From: Methanocaldococcus sp. 16A
GTDB lineage: Archaea; AGJL01; Methanococci; Methanococcales; Methanocaldococcaceae
DNA length: 64,000 nt
Direction: 5' to 3' (one strand)
Assembly (NCBI GenBank): GCA_049860595.1
Contig: CP187551.1
Below, piece after piece: positions 19,948 through 29,418 of this stretch. The notes beneath the pieces were generated by a model. That model was not told where the DNA came from, searched no databases, and worked only from the letters and a program-made list of their open reading frames with translations. Position numbers and translations under genes: made by a program. The stretch's first letter is position 1; each line of letters starts with the position of its first letter.

Positions 19948-20799
19948 TTAATCTACAATATCCACATGAACATAAGCTTTCTCAATGTTATCTAAGCTTT
20001 CTAATCTATTTTTAACCTCTACCTCAATATCATGCATCTCTTTTGCTGAAATGTTTGAAGGAACTTCTACATGTAACTCAACATGAATCTTTGGTCCCAC
20101 ATAATGAGCTTTTATATCATGCACTCCAATAACTTTATCCACATTCAAAGCTTCTTTTTTAATAACTTCAAAGAAATTTTCAGATGGGGCTCTTCCAGTT
20201 AAATAGTGCATATTCGTTAGACATATATTAAAAGCTACTTTTGCTATCATAAAAGCCACTATTATCCCAGCTATAGCGTCTCCATAATAGATTCCAAATT
20301 TTTGCAATAACAACCCAATTAAAACTACAATACTACTTAAAGCGTCACTTCTATGATGATAGGCATCTGCTATTAAAACTTGGCTATTTAGCTTTTTTCC
20401 AACAAATAAAGAGTATTGAGTCATTAACTCTTTAACAACTATTGATAAAATAGCTACTACAACCATTATAGTATTTACCTCAATTACATCCCCATAAATA
20501 ATTCTTTCTACCGCAAACTTCCCAATCTCATATGCTGTGAAAAATAAAGCTAAACCAGTAAAAAAAGAGAATAGGCATTCAAATCTTGAATGTCCAAAAT
20601 GATGGGATTCATCTGCTGGCTTTGATGCTATCTTCACACCAATAATTGCTATAACACTTGTTATAACATCAGATAATGAATGTATCCCATCAGAAATTAA
20701 AGATATACTTGAATAAACATATCCTACTATTATTTTTATTGCTCCTAAAAGAATATTTCCAATAATACTCAAAATCAATGGCTTTTCAACCTCTCTCAT
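19948..20799 (-). CDS. Cation diffusion facilitator (FieF-like) transporter
   Basis: SDGIHSLSD, PADESHHFGH.RFE, DAYHHRSD, C-terminal VHVD. Confidence 0.93.
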   Translation of the reverse strand: MREVEKPLILSIIGNILLGAIKIIVGYVYSSISLISDGIHSLSDVITSVIAIIGVKIASKPADESHHFGHSRFECLFSFFTGLALFFTAYEIGKFAVERIIYGDVIEVNTIMVVVAILSIVVKELMTQYSLFVGKKLNSQVLIADAYHHRSDALSSIVVLIGLLLQKFGIYYGDAIAGIIVAFMIAKVAFNICLTNMHYLTGRAPSENFFEVIKKEALNVDKVIGVHDIKAHYVGPKIHVELHVEVPSNISAKEMHDIEVEVKNRLESLDNIEKAYVHVDIVD

Positions 20800-20808
20800 A
20801 ATCAGCCC

Positions 20809-21579
20809 CTAAATCTCAATGATTTTACCAACATGTCCATAAACAAAGTTATTTAATTGTGATAATTTTGTTAAAGCTTTAAATCCAGTGCAATGCATAG
20901 GCATAAACCAGAAGTTTTGGGATTTGAAATAATTAACAACTTTATTTAAATAGTTATCTGAAATATCTATTAAGTGAAAACCCCCTAAAACCCCTCTAAT
21001 TGTACTTAACTTTTTTCCATATTCAATTACATTAATAATCCCACTGTGAGAACATCCAGTTATCAAAATTCCTTTGGCTATCAAAAACATATCATCGTTT
21101 ATATTATCTTTTACTTTCTTCCCATCTCTAATACACTGAAATTCTTCCATCTCATATTCATGTTCCCTTTTGATATAACCTGAAACAATACTATCTTTAT
21201 CTATTCTATAAGGTTTTTCAATAAACACTAAATCAGCTTTTTTTAGCAAATAATCTTTTATTTCTTTGTCAATCCCTATATATCTATTACCGTAGTATTT
21301 ATCTAAGAATGCATCTTTGTGAGCTATAACCTTCCCATTAATTAAATCATTCTCTATGACATATTTTAGTCCATCGCAGTGGTCGTAATGCCCATGAGAT
21401 AAAACGATATAATCAAATCCTTCCTTTTCATTAAACAATTTTAGGTTTTCTCTCAAAGTTATTGGATTTTGACCAGCATCAAATAAAATTCTTTTATTAT
21501 TAACTTCTACTAAAGCTGAAAATCCATGTTGGGCAAAAAATTTTTTATAGGCCATGTTATCAACCAAAATTTTAATCAT
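20809..21579 (-). CDS. MBL-fold metallohydrolase (MJ0448-like)
   Basis: HGFS, LSHGHYDHCDG, GCSHSG, GGFH, PMHCTG. Confidence 0.88.
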   Translation of the reverse strand: MIKILVDNMAYKKFFAQHGFSALVEVNNKRILFDAGQNPITLRENLKLFNEKEGFDYIVLSHGHYDHCDGLKYVIENDLINGKVIAHKDAFLDKYYGNRYIGIDKEIKDYLLKKADLVFIEKPYRIDKDSIVSGYIKREHEYEMEEFQCIRDGKKVKDNINDDMFLIAKGILITGCSHSGIINVIEYGKKLSTIRGVLGGFHLIDISDNYLNKVVNYFKSQNFWFMPMHCTGFKALTKLSQLNNFVYGHVGKIIEI

Positions 21580-21657
21580 ATTTCCACCTAATAATATTTT
21601 ATTAGGAATAATTTCCCACTTATGTGGATAAATACTTTATGGTTTTTTGGTGAAATT

Positions 21658-22143
21658 ATGGATATAAATCTCAAAGAACTTAAAGAAAAAATTAAAGATT
21701 GGAAAAATAGAGAGTGGAGATGGAAAGGAAAAGGAAAAATTGAAATTAGATTTATTTGTTTAATTGAAAGAGCTGAAAGTTTTAAGGAATTGGTGGATAA
21801 TTTAGAGTTAATAATTTCTGAGTATGAAAAGATAAAAAAACTTATTGAAGATGAGGATATAAATGAAATTGCTAAGTTAAATTTATTCTGTGGTAATAAT
21901 GTCTATGAGGAGATGTTAAAAGACATTTTAAGTTCAAATAAGTTTATATCTTTAACTATAAGTTTTGATGAAAACATGGCTTATGTTAAATATATGGAAA
22001 GAGGAAAAGAAGAGATTTTAACATTAGATGGAAAATCAACTTATAAGGCTCTGCAAATATTAAAAAATAGATATGAAAACATTTTAAAAAAGCAGGTATC
22101 GATAATCGAGAACGCTATTCCTTTAACCATCCCATTTCAATAA
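21658..22143 (+). CDS. Hypothetical protein
   Basis: Long ORF with GGTGA-type RBS before ATG 21658; no recognised motif. Confidence 0.7.
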   Translation: MDINLKELKEKIKDWKNREWRWKGKGKIEIRFICLIERAESFKELVDNLELIISEYEKIKKLIEDEDINEIAKLNLFCGNNVYEEMLKDILSSNKFISLTISFDENMAYVKYMERGKEEILTLDGKSTYKALQILKNRYENILKKQVSIIENAIPLTIPFQ

Positions 22144-23191
22144 TCTTATTATAAACTTTCTCACTTAACCATCCCTCAGTTATATATTTATCATAAACTG
22201 GCAATCTCATCTTTAACCTCAACCCTAATTCTTCAGTCCATTCTCTCAACTCTCTTATCTCTGGCCACTCAGCCTCTGGATTAACATAATCCCTTGTTAG
22301 TGGAGAAACTCCACCCCAATCATCAACTCCTGCCAATAAAAATAACTGTCCTGTCTCTCTATTTAAATTTGGAGGTATTTGGATGGAAATATCTTTTAAA
22401 ATCAACTTTGCCAAAATAATAACCTTTAACATTTTTATAGGAGAAGGTTCTTTATAATTTTCCATAGGAATGCCTTTCTTAGCTCTAAAGTTTTGAATTA
22501 TAACTTCTTGAATATGTTTATACCTTTCATGGATTTCTTTTATTTTAAAGAGAGAATCAACAATTTCCTCGTTAGTTTCTCCAATACCAATTAACAAACC
22601 AGTTGTAAATGGAATTTTTAACTTTCCAGCATTTTCAATCATCTCTATCCTTAACTTTGGATGCTTTCCAGGGCTGTGTTTGTGTGCTACTGTATTCATT
22701 AATCTCTCTGAAGCATTTTCTAACATCAAACCCATAGATGCATTAACTTCCTTAAGCATCTTTAACTCATCATAATTTAAGATTCCACAATTTGTATGAG
22801 GTAATAAAGAAGTATTATTTAAAGTCCATTCCTCTAAATCGTAGAGATATTCTAATATGTTATCATAACCCATAGATTTTAACTGCTCTTTAATATCCTT
22901 ATTCTCATCCACATGTTCCCCAAATGTAAATAAAGCCTCTCTACAACCTAACTTATCTCCCTTTAATAAAATTTCTTTAACTTCATTTGGTTTCATTAAA
23001 CTTGGTTTATCTTCTCTAAAAATGCAGTATCCACATTTATTTCTGCACCACTTTGATAGTGGAATGAAGACATTTTTTGAGTAAGTTATATATTCTCTCT
23101 TAAATAAATTGTTAATTTGAGTTAATTTATCTAATATCTCTTCATAAGATGTAGAATTAAGGAAGTTAATAGCCTCTTCTCTACTTATCAT
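22115..23191 (-). CDS. cofG: FO synthase subunit CofG (radical SAM, F420 biosynthesis)
   Basis: [42 protein letters not shown]. Confidence 0.95.
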   Translation of the reverse strand: MISREEAINFLNSTSYEEILDKLTQINNLFKREYITYSKNVFIPLSKWCRNKCGYCIFREDKPSLMKPNEVKEILLKGDKLGCREALFTFGEHVDENKDIKEQLKSMGYDNILEYLYDLEEWTLNNTSLLPHTNCGILNYDELKMLKEVNASMGLMLENASERLMNTVAHKHSPGKHPKLRIEMIENAGKLKIPFTTGLLIGIGETNEEIVDSLFKIKEIHERYKHIQEVIIQNFRAKKGIPMENYKEPSPIKMLKVIILAKLILKDISIQIPPNLNRETGQLFLLAGVDDWGGVSPLTRDYVNPEAEWPEIRELREWTEELGLRLKMRLPVYDKYITEGWLSEKVYNKIIEMGWLKE

Positions 23192-23216
23192 TTTATCTCA
23201 CCTTCAATAAAGAAAA

Positions 23217-23272
23217 TTATAGTTTTGTGCAAAATAAATTAAGCTCTATATGGAAAAAGTGCAAATGTCCTA
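23217..23272. repeat. Hybrid element: family B left end plus degenerate family A right end
   Basis: ttatagttttgtgca (as at 45271) ... tgcaaatgtccta. Confidence 0.55.
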
Positions 23273-23429
23273 TTTAAATAAACTATGAACAAACATATAT
23301 ATACAGAGAGCAATATATAAAATAAATACTTTAATAACACAAAAATCTATGTTTTTGAAACACTCATCTTTAATAAAATCTCATAAAACTATTAACATCA
23401 AAACACAAAAAAGTAAAAAGGTGATACTA

Positions 23430-23735
23430 ATGACAGAACAACAAGAACAGCAAATTAGAGTAAGAATTCCAAAAAAAGAAGAAAATGAGATTTTAGGTAT
23501 TATAGAGCAAATGTTAGGGGCTAGTAGAGTTAGAGTTAGATGTTTAGATGGAAAAACAAGATTAGGAAGAATTCCAGGAAGATTAAAGAATAGAATTTGG
23601 GTTAGAGAGGGAGATATCGTTATTGTAAAACCATGGGAAGTTCAAGGAGACCAAAAGTGCGATATCATTTGGAGATACACAAAAACACAAGTTGAATGGC
23701 TTAAAAGGAAAGGGTACTTAGATGAGTTATTATAA
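23430..23735 (+). CDS. eif1a: Translation initiation factor aIF-1A
   Basis: [31 protein letters not shown]; start after GGTGA. Confidence 0.96.
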   Translation: MTEQQEQQIRVRIPKKEENEILGIIEQMLGASRVRVRCLDGKTRLGRIPGRLKNRIWVREGDIVIVKPWEVQGDQKCDIIWRYTKTQVEWLKRKGYLDELL

Positions 23736-23737
23736 AG

Positions 23738-24595
23738 GTGATGGATATAGCTAAAAACATTGAAAATATTTATGAAGAGATGAATAAATTATTAACTGAA
23801 AAGGAAGAATTTCAATTGGATAAAGAATACCAAAAAGAAATTTTAGAAAAAGAAAAGAAGTTTTTAGAAGATTTAAAGACTGCTAATGAAGTTTTTGATA
23901 AAAGAACTTTAATGACTCTATTTAGTTTATTGGCTGGAAAACATTTAACGGAATATATAGGGATAGTTAATTCTGGAAAAGAGGCGGTTGTATTTAAAGC
24001 ACGAAAAGGAAAGTTTTACAGAGCTGTTAAAGTTTATAGAGTTGCTACATGCGATTTTAAAACAATGAGCAAATACATACAAGGAGACCCAAGATTTCAT
24101 TTAAGAAAGAGTAGTAGAAGGCAGATAATCCATGCATGGGTTGAAAAAGAATTTAGAAATTTAAGAAGGGCTTCTGAAATTATCAATGCCCCAAAGGCAA
24201 GGTTAAGGAGAGAAAACGTATTAGTTATGGATTTTGTTGGTTATAGAGGAATTCCTGCTCCTAAATTAAAAGATATGCAAGATTTAGATTGGGAGAGATA
24301 TTTTAAAATCATAAAAGAGAGTATGAAAAAACTTTATGAAGAGGGAGAATTGGTTCATGGAGATTTAAGTGAATACAACATATTAGTTAAAGATGATGAA
24401 CCTGTGTTTATAGATTTTTCTCAGAGTGTTATAACTCAACATCCCTTAGCTCATCCTCTATTAATTAGGGATTGCATAAATATATGCAATTTCTTTAGAA
24501 GAAAGAAAGTAGATTGTAATTATAAGGAGCTGTATAGATACATCACTGGAAAAGAGATTGACCCAATTGACGAAGCGATGATTAAGCAATTGTAA
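23738..24595 (+). CDS. rio1: RIO1-type Ser/Thr kinase
   Basis: SGKEAVV, AVKVYR, W.EKEFRNL, HGDLSEYN, IDFSQ; aIF1A-rio1-KH cluster. Confidence 0.95.
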   Translation: MMDIAKNIENIYEEMNKLLTEKEEFQLDKEYQKEILEKEKKFLEDLKTANEVFDKRTLMTLFSLLAGKHLTEYIGIVNSGKEAVVFKARKGKFYRAVKVYRVATCDFKTMSKYIQGDPRFHLRKSSRRQIIHAWVEKEFRNLRRASEIINAPKARLRRENVLVMDFVGYRGIPAPKLKDMQDLDWERYFKIIKESMKKLYEEGELVHGDLSEYNILVKDDEPVFIDFSQSVITQHPLAHPLLIRDCINICNFFRRKKVDCNYKELYRYITGKEIDPIDEAMIKQL

Positions 24596-24620
24596 ATAAG
24601 AATTTCTCTTATTCTAATAT

Positions 24621-24642
24621 ATTTATTCCTGCAAAAGTCCTA
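24621..24642. repeat. Solo family A terminus
   Basis: atttattcctgcaaaagtccta is the reverse complement of taggacttttgcaggaataaat. Confidence 0.65.
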
Positions 24643-24669
24643 TTTAATTTTAATCTTAATTTTTATTTT

Positions 24670-25332
24670 TTGGTGATAAAAATGGTGTTTGGAAATATTG
24701 GACAAGATAAAAATATTGAGATTTTAAAAATTCCAAGAGAAAGAGTTGGAGTTTTAATAGGAAAAAAAGGAAATGTTAAAAAAACCATTGAAAAAGAGTT
24801 GGGAGTTAAGTTAGAGATTGACGAAGATGGAACTGTAACCATTTATGGAACTGATAAGCAGAAAGACCCTTTAGCTGTTTGGAAAGCGAAAGATATAGTT
24901 AGAGCTATTGGTAGAGGGTTTAATCCAGAAATTGCTCTAAAATTAGTTAGTGATGAATATATTTTAGAAGTTATTGATATTGAAGATTATACAAGCTCTG
25001 AAAATGGTGTAAGAAGATTAAAAGGAAGAGTAATTGGTAAAGAAGGAAAGTCAAGGAGGTATATAGAGGAGCTAACAGGAGCAAACGTATCTGTTTATGG
25101 GAAAACAGTTGCAATAGTTGGAGAGCATGAACCAGTTCAAATAGCTAAGGAAGCTGTTGAAATGCTTTTAAGAGGAGCTTCACATGCAAAAACTTTTAAG
25201 TTTTTAGAAAGAGAGAGACAAAAAATTAAAAGGACTAAATTTGAGTTATGGAAGAAGAAAAGTGAAGTTGATGAGTTATATGAAAAGATGAATCCAAATT
25301 ATGATGATGTTGAAGAAGAGGAAGAAGAATAA
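24670..25332 (+). CDS. KH-domain pre-rRNA processing protein (Pno1/Dim2)
   Basis: Two GxxG KH motifs, AIGRGF, GRVIGKEGKSR. Confidence 0.92.
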   Translation: MVIKMVFGNIGQDKNIEILKIPRERVGVLIGKKGNVKKTIEKELGVKLEIDEDGTVTIYGTDKQKDPLAVWKAKDIVRAIGRGFNPEIALKLVSDEYILEVIDIEDYTSSENGVRRLKGRVIGKEGKSRRYIEELTGANVSVYGKTVAIVGEHEPVQIAKEAVEMLLRGASHAKTFKFLERERQKIKRTKFELWKKKSEVDELYEKMNPNYDDVEEEEEE

Positions 25333-25348
25333 AATTTTGGTGATGGAT

Positions 25349-26005
25349 ATGCACATTGTAGGGGTTTTAGACATTGCCAAAGATATATTAAAGGCAAATA
25401 AAAGATTGGCTGATAAAAATAGAAAACTCTTAGATAAACATGGAGTTGTTGCTTTTGACTTCATGGGAGCCATAGGTAGTGGAAAAACCTTATTAATTGA
25501 AAAATTAATTGATAATTTAAAAGATAAATATAGAATTGCCTGTATTGCTGGGGATGTTATAGCAAAATTTGACGCTGAAAGAATGGAAAAGCATGGAGCC
25601 AAGGTTGTTCCTTTAAATACAGGTAAAGAATGTCACTTAGATGCTCATTTAGTAGGACATGCCTTAGAGGATTTAAACTTAGAAGAAATTGATTTGTTAT
25701 TTATAGAGAACGTTGGAAATTTAATCTGTCCAGCAGATTTTGATTTGGGAACTCATAAAAGAATTGTCGTTGTATCCACAACTGAAGGAGATGATACAAT
25801 AGAAAAACATCCTGGAATTATGAAAACAGCTGATTTAATAATAATCAATAAAATTGATTTGGCAGAAGCGGTTGGAGCTGACATAAATAAAATGAAAAAT
25901 GATGCTAAAAAAATAAATCCTGAAGCAGAAGTTGTTTTATTAAGTTTAAAGACAATGGAAGGATTTGATAAGGTTTTAGAGTTTATTGAGAAGAGTGTTA
26001 AATAG
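25349..26005 (+). CDS. hypB: Hydrogenase nickel-incorporation GTPase HypB
   Basis: GAIGSGKT, ECHLDAH, ENVGNLICP, NKID; stop TAG is the terminus of a MITE. Confidence 0.96.
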   Translation: MHIVGVLDIAKDILKANKRLADKNRKLLDKHGVVAFDFMGAIGSGKTLLIEKLIDNLKDKYRIACIAGDVIAKFDAERMEKHGAKVVPLNTGKECHLDAHLVGHALEDLNLEEIDLLFIENVGNLICPADFDLGTHKRIVVVSTTEGDDTIEKHPGIMKTADLIIINKIDLAEAVGADINKMKNDAKKINPEAEVVLLSLKTMEGFDKVLEFIEKSVK

Positions 26006-26086
26006 GATTTTCGCAGGAATAAATTTTTTATTGAATATAGATACCTAAAGGAGTCAAAATTCCAAATTTAATATATAAAAGTCCTA
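26003..26086. mobile_element. Family A MITE-like element whose two TAG ends are the stop codons of both flanking convergent genes
   Basis: taggattttcgcaggaataaatttttt...gatacctaaaggagtc...aaagtccta. Confidence 0.8.
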
Positions 26087-26869
26087 ATAAAGCATAACCA
26101 ATCCCATTATTCCTAATATAGCACTAAGTATAATTCTTAGATATTTTGGAGAAATTTTCTGATTTATCATTATGCCCAATTTTGAAGAATATATTATTGG
26201 AATTGCTATAATTAGAGCTATTGGAATTGATACATATCCAATATTGTAAATATAGCTTTTTGTATCAGCCATTAAATATGAGACAAGCCCACCAACTGAA
26301 GTTAAAGGAATTACTCCTACAGAGATTGCAACAGCTCTTTTTACAGGATATTTTGCCATTGCTAAAATTGGAATTATAACAATTCCCCCACCAATACCAA
26401 ATAAGCCAGATAAGAAACCAGTAATAACTCCACAAAAAACAAAATGAGCTAAGTTATCGTCTCTCTCAGAAATTTTGTCAATATGATGCGATTTTGTTAA
26501 ATATACTGCAGTTGATATTAAAAAAATCCCGAATATCTTTTTTAAAATATAAGAGTCAATATAATTAACCACTAAAAACCCACTAAAGTATGAAAAAATT
26601 AAGCTAATAGTTCCAATTATTATTGATGCCTTCCAATTTATATTTTTAATTTTTGCATGCCTAAATATTGATATTATTGAGTTTATAAATACAACAAATA
26701 ATGATGTTCCTATAGCAAATTTTATTCCATTTGGAATGCCAAAATAATCAAAAATAAATGTTAAAATTGGAGCTACTAAAAATCCCCCGCCAATCCCAAA
26801 TAAACTTCCTAATATTCCTATAATAAATCCCACAGATATAAGCAAAGGTAAAAAGATTATAAATTTCAT
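26084..26869 (-). CDS. TauE/SafE (TSUP) family permease
   Basis: Duplicated GLFGIGGG motif, multi-pass membrane protein. Confidence 0.9.
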   Translation of the reverse strand: MKFIIFLPLLISVGFIIGILGSLFGIGGGFLVAPILTFIFDYFGIPNGIKFAIGTSLFVVFINSIISIFRHAKIKNINWKASIIIGTISLIFSYFSGFLVVNYIDSYILKKIFGIFLISTAVYLTKSHHIDKISERDDNLAHFVFCGVITGFLSGLFGIGGGIVIIPILAMAKYPVKRAVAISVGVIPLTSVGGLVSYLMADTKSYIYNIGYVSIPIALIIAIPIIYSSKLGIMINQKISPKYLRIILSAILGIMGLVMLY

Positions 26870-26895
26870 TTAATCACCAAAATTTAAATTAAGTT

Positions 26896-27711
26896 TTATA
26901 CACCCATAACCGTTCTAAATAAATTCCTAAGCCCTGGAGCTAATCCAAGAGCCATTATACAGAGTTTTATAATATTTTTTATATTTTTATCTTCAACTTC
27001 TCTATTTAAAATATAGAGGGCTAATAAAACTACTAAAAGTTTAAAAGGGATGAAAGAATAAACTCCAAAAGTTTCCATTAACAATCTTGGAATTGGATGT
27101 TGTTCCCAATAACCATAAATACCAATCCCAACAGTTGTGGCTGATGCATCAATTAACTGCCCTATTATAACATAATGGTCAATTTTTGATGTTAAAATAT
27201 TCAAGTTTAATTTTTTATCTAAAAATTTAATTAAATAATAAAATGCCCCTACCAAAATTATAACATATAATATTGCTTCTAAATGAACTACATGCTGTAA
27301 AAATATAATAAAAAAGTATAACAATGGAATCAATCCAACAATTGCAGATACTTTATAATAATTCTCTTTAAATATCAATCCAGTAGTTAAAATAGTCAAT
27401 ATAAAAAATCCACCAATTAGAAATACAATTCCTGGAGTTATTGTTAAAAAAGTCCTTTCTATATATCCACAATCAACTAAAGCTCTCATTAAAGCAATTA
27501 AAACAGTAAAAACAATCCCTGGAATTGCAAATTTTTCATCAATATTTATATTTAACTTTCTTAGAGCTTTATAAAATAAATACAGAGCCAAAGCTAAGAT
27601 AATTCCATAAGTTATTTCTTGGATTAAGTTGTAGCCAGTTCCCTTCTCAGCTGGTTCAATATAATACTTATAAATAAAATTTTTTATTTCCTGAATCATC
27701 ATTCCCCTCAA
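26896..27711 (-). CDS. DUF63-family membrane protein
   Basis: GYN...[25 protein letters not shown]. Confidence 0.8.
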   Translation of the reverse strand: MRGMMIQEIKNFIYKYYIEPAEKGTGYNLIQEITYGIILALALYLFYKALRKLNINIDEKFAIPGIVFTVLIALMRALVDCGYIERTFLTITPGIVFLIGGFFILTILTTGLIFKENYYKVSAIVGLIPLLYFFIIFLQHVVHLEAILYVIILVGAFYYLIKFLDKKLNLNILTSKIDHYVIIGQLIDASATTVGIGIYGYWEQHPIPRLLMETFGVYSFIPFKLLVVLLALYILNREVEDKNIKNIIKLCIMALGLAPGLRNLFRTVMGV

Positions 27712-27724
27712 ATGATTTTATTAA

Positions 27725-27837
27725 TTGGACATTCTCAGTTTATATATTAAATTTAGAATTTTGATACCTTTAGGTGTCTATATTCAATCATAATATATTT
27801 ATTTCTTTATAATATATTTATTTCTTTGAAAGTCATA
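27725..27837. mobile_element. Degenerate family A element, reverse orientation, with an internal 19-bp tandem duplication
   Basis: gatacctttaggtgtc core; ataatatatttatttcttt twice (27790-27827); gaaagtcata end. Confidence 0.65.
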
Positions 27838-28983
27838 TTATAAAGTTAGATAAAACACCTTTGTCATTAAACCACCAAACATAACATTAAATTCATCTCT
27901 AATCTCAAAGTTATTCTTTATTACTGCTTCTCTAAACATCTTATCTTCTGCAGTTATAACTACCAGCCGAGAAGAACCATGCATAACTTTTTTTGATGAT
28001 AATAAAAATTCAGCATATAGTTTTTTAATCATTCTTTTATTACCCATTCTTATACCATAAGGTGGATTTGCTATAATAACATCAACACTATTAAATCTCT
28101 CATGCAGTTTTGTAGCATCCCCACAAATAAAATCAATAGTATCTAAAACCTCAGCGTTTTTGGCATTTTCTTTAGCTCCATTTAAATATTTTTGATTTTT
28201 ATCCAATCCAATTATCTTATAGTTATTTTTATTCTCAACAATCTCTTTTTTTATTTTATTTAAAAGCTCATAACCAAAAATATCAACAAACTTAAACCCA
28301 TATTTTTCCTCTCTAAACTTTCCTGGTGGAATGTTTCTTTTTATTAAAGCTCCTTCTATTGGAATAGTCCCACTTCCACACATTGGGTCTAATAACATCT
28401 CATCATCTTTCCAATCACTTAAATAAATTAATGATGCTGCTATAGTGGCATTCAAATGTGCAGGGTGATTAAAGACTCTATATCCTCTCTTATCTAATGC
28501 TGTATCTCCCGTTGTATCAATTCCAATAATTAGCTCATCAAATATAACCTCAACCCTAACAATAACATCTGGTTCATCTAAATTAACTTTAAGCCTAACA
28601 TTTTTATCTTTTTGATATGATTTTATTAAAGCTTCTCCAGCAACTCTTCCAATATCTATTGATGTAAAGTTATGTTCTCCAGCTCTTAATGGGCGAATAG
28701 CAAAAGCCTGCTCTTCTCTAATCCATTTAGTCCAATCAATATTATAAACTCTCTCATAAATATCATCTAAGGATATGTTTGGAATTTCTTCCTTATATAG
28801 TAAGATATTTAACCTCTCTATAGTTCTTGAAAGGTAGTTAATTTTAGGAATCAGTTCTAAATCACCACTAAAAAATATTCTGCCTTTGTTTTCTCTAATC
28901 TCTTTAATTTTTCCTCCAAAAGATACAATTTCATTTTTTGATATCTTTTCAAGCCCTGGGGATAGTGTAACATAGTAATCCAT
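27838..28983 (-). CDS. trm14: tRNA (guanine(6)-N2)-methyltransferase Trm14
   Basis: THUMP plus Rossmann MTase: KRGYR..HPAHL, DPMCGSGTI, NPPYG. Confidence 0.88.
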   Translation of the reverse strand: MDYYVTLSPGLEKISKNEIVSFGGKIKEIRENKGRIFFSGDLELIPKINYLSRTIERLNILLYKEEIPNISLDDIYERVYNIDWTKWIREEQAFAIRPLRAGEHNFTSIDIGRVAGEALIKSYQKDKNVRLKVNLDEPDVIVRVEVIFDELIIGIDTTGDTALDKRGYRVFNHPAHLNATIAASLIYLSDWKDDEMLLDPMCGSGTIPIEGALIKRNIPPGKFREEKYGFKFVDIFGYELLNKIKKEIVENKNNYKIIGLDKNQKYLNGAKENAKNAEVLDTIDFICGDATKLHERFNSVDVIIANPPYGIRMGNKRMIKKLYAEFLLSSKKVMHGSSRLVVITAEDKMFREAVIKNNFEIRDEFNVMFGGLMTKVFYLTL

Positions 28984-29082
28984 AAAAATCCCTCTTTTTT
29001 ATTTTAATTATTTTAATAGTAGAATTTTTTATATTGGTTATGTGATAAAATTATTAGTGATAAACATTGTAAGGTGAACTAA

Positions 29083-29322
29083 ATGGAAATCATACACTAC
29101 ATAGTTATAATAATGACATTGTTATCAAGTTTAGCTTCCCTCTTACAAAAAGATTTAATTAAATGTATTATACTATCTGGCTTTGCTGGTTTGTGTATGG
29201 CTTATTTATACTATGCATTATTAGCCCCAGATGTAGCTTTAACAGAGGCAATTTTAGGAGGAGCTATTTTACCAGCATTATTTGCCTTCACAGTTAGAAG
29301 AACTCAAAGAATAGATGAATAA
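29083..29322 (+). CDS. Small MnhB-like/DUF4040 membrane protein (probable Ehb hydrogenase subunit D)
   Basis: LLAPDVALTEA motif, three TM segments. Confidence 0.75.
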   Translation: MEIIHYIVIIMTLLSSLASLLQKDLIKCIILSGFAGLCMAYLYYALLAPDVALTEAILGGAILPALFAFTVRRTQRIDE

Positions 29323-29325
29323 TTA

Positions 29326-29345
29326 TAGGACTTTCGCAGGAATAA
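29326..29345. repeat. Solo family A terminus
   Basis: taggactttcgcaggaataa, identical to the 33165 left end. Confidence 0.7.
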
Positions 29346-29418
29346 CTAAAATTTTTATTATCAATAATTTGAAATTTTTAATAAAAATATACAGAACAAA
29401 TTAAAGTGTTGTGATAAA

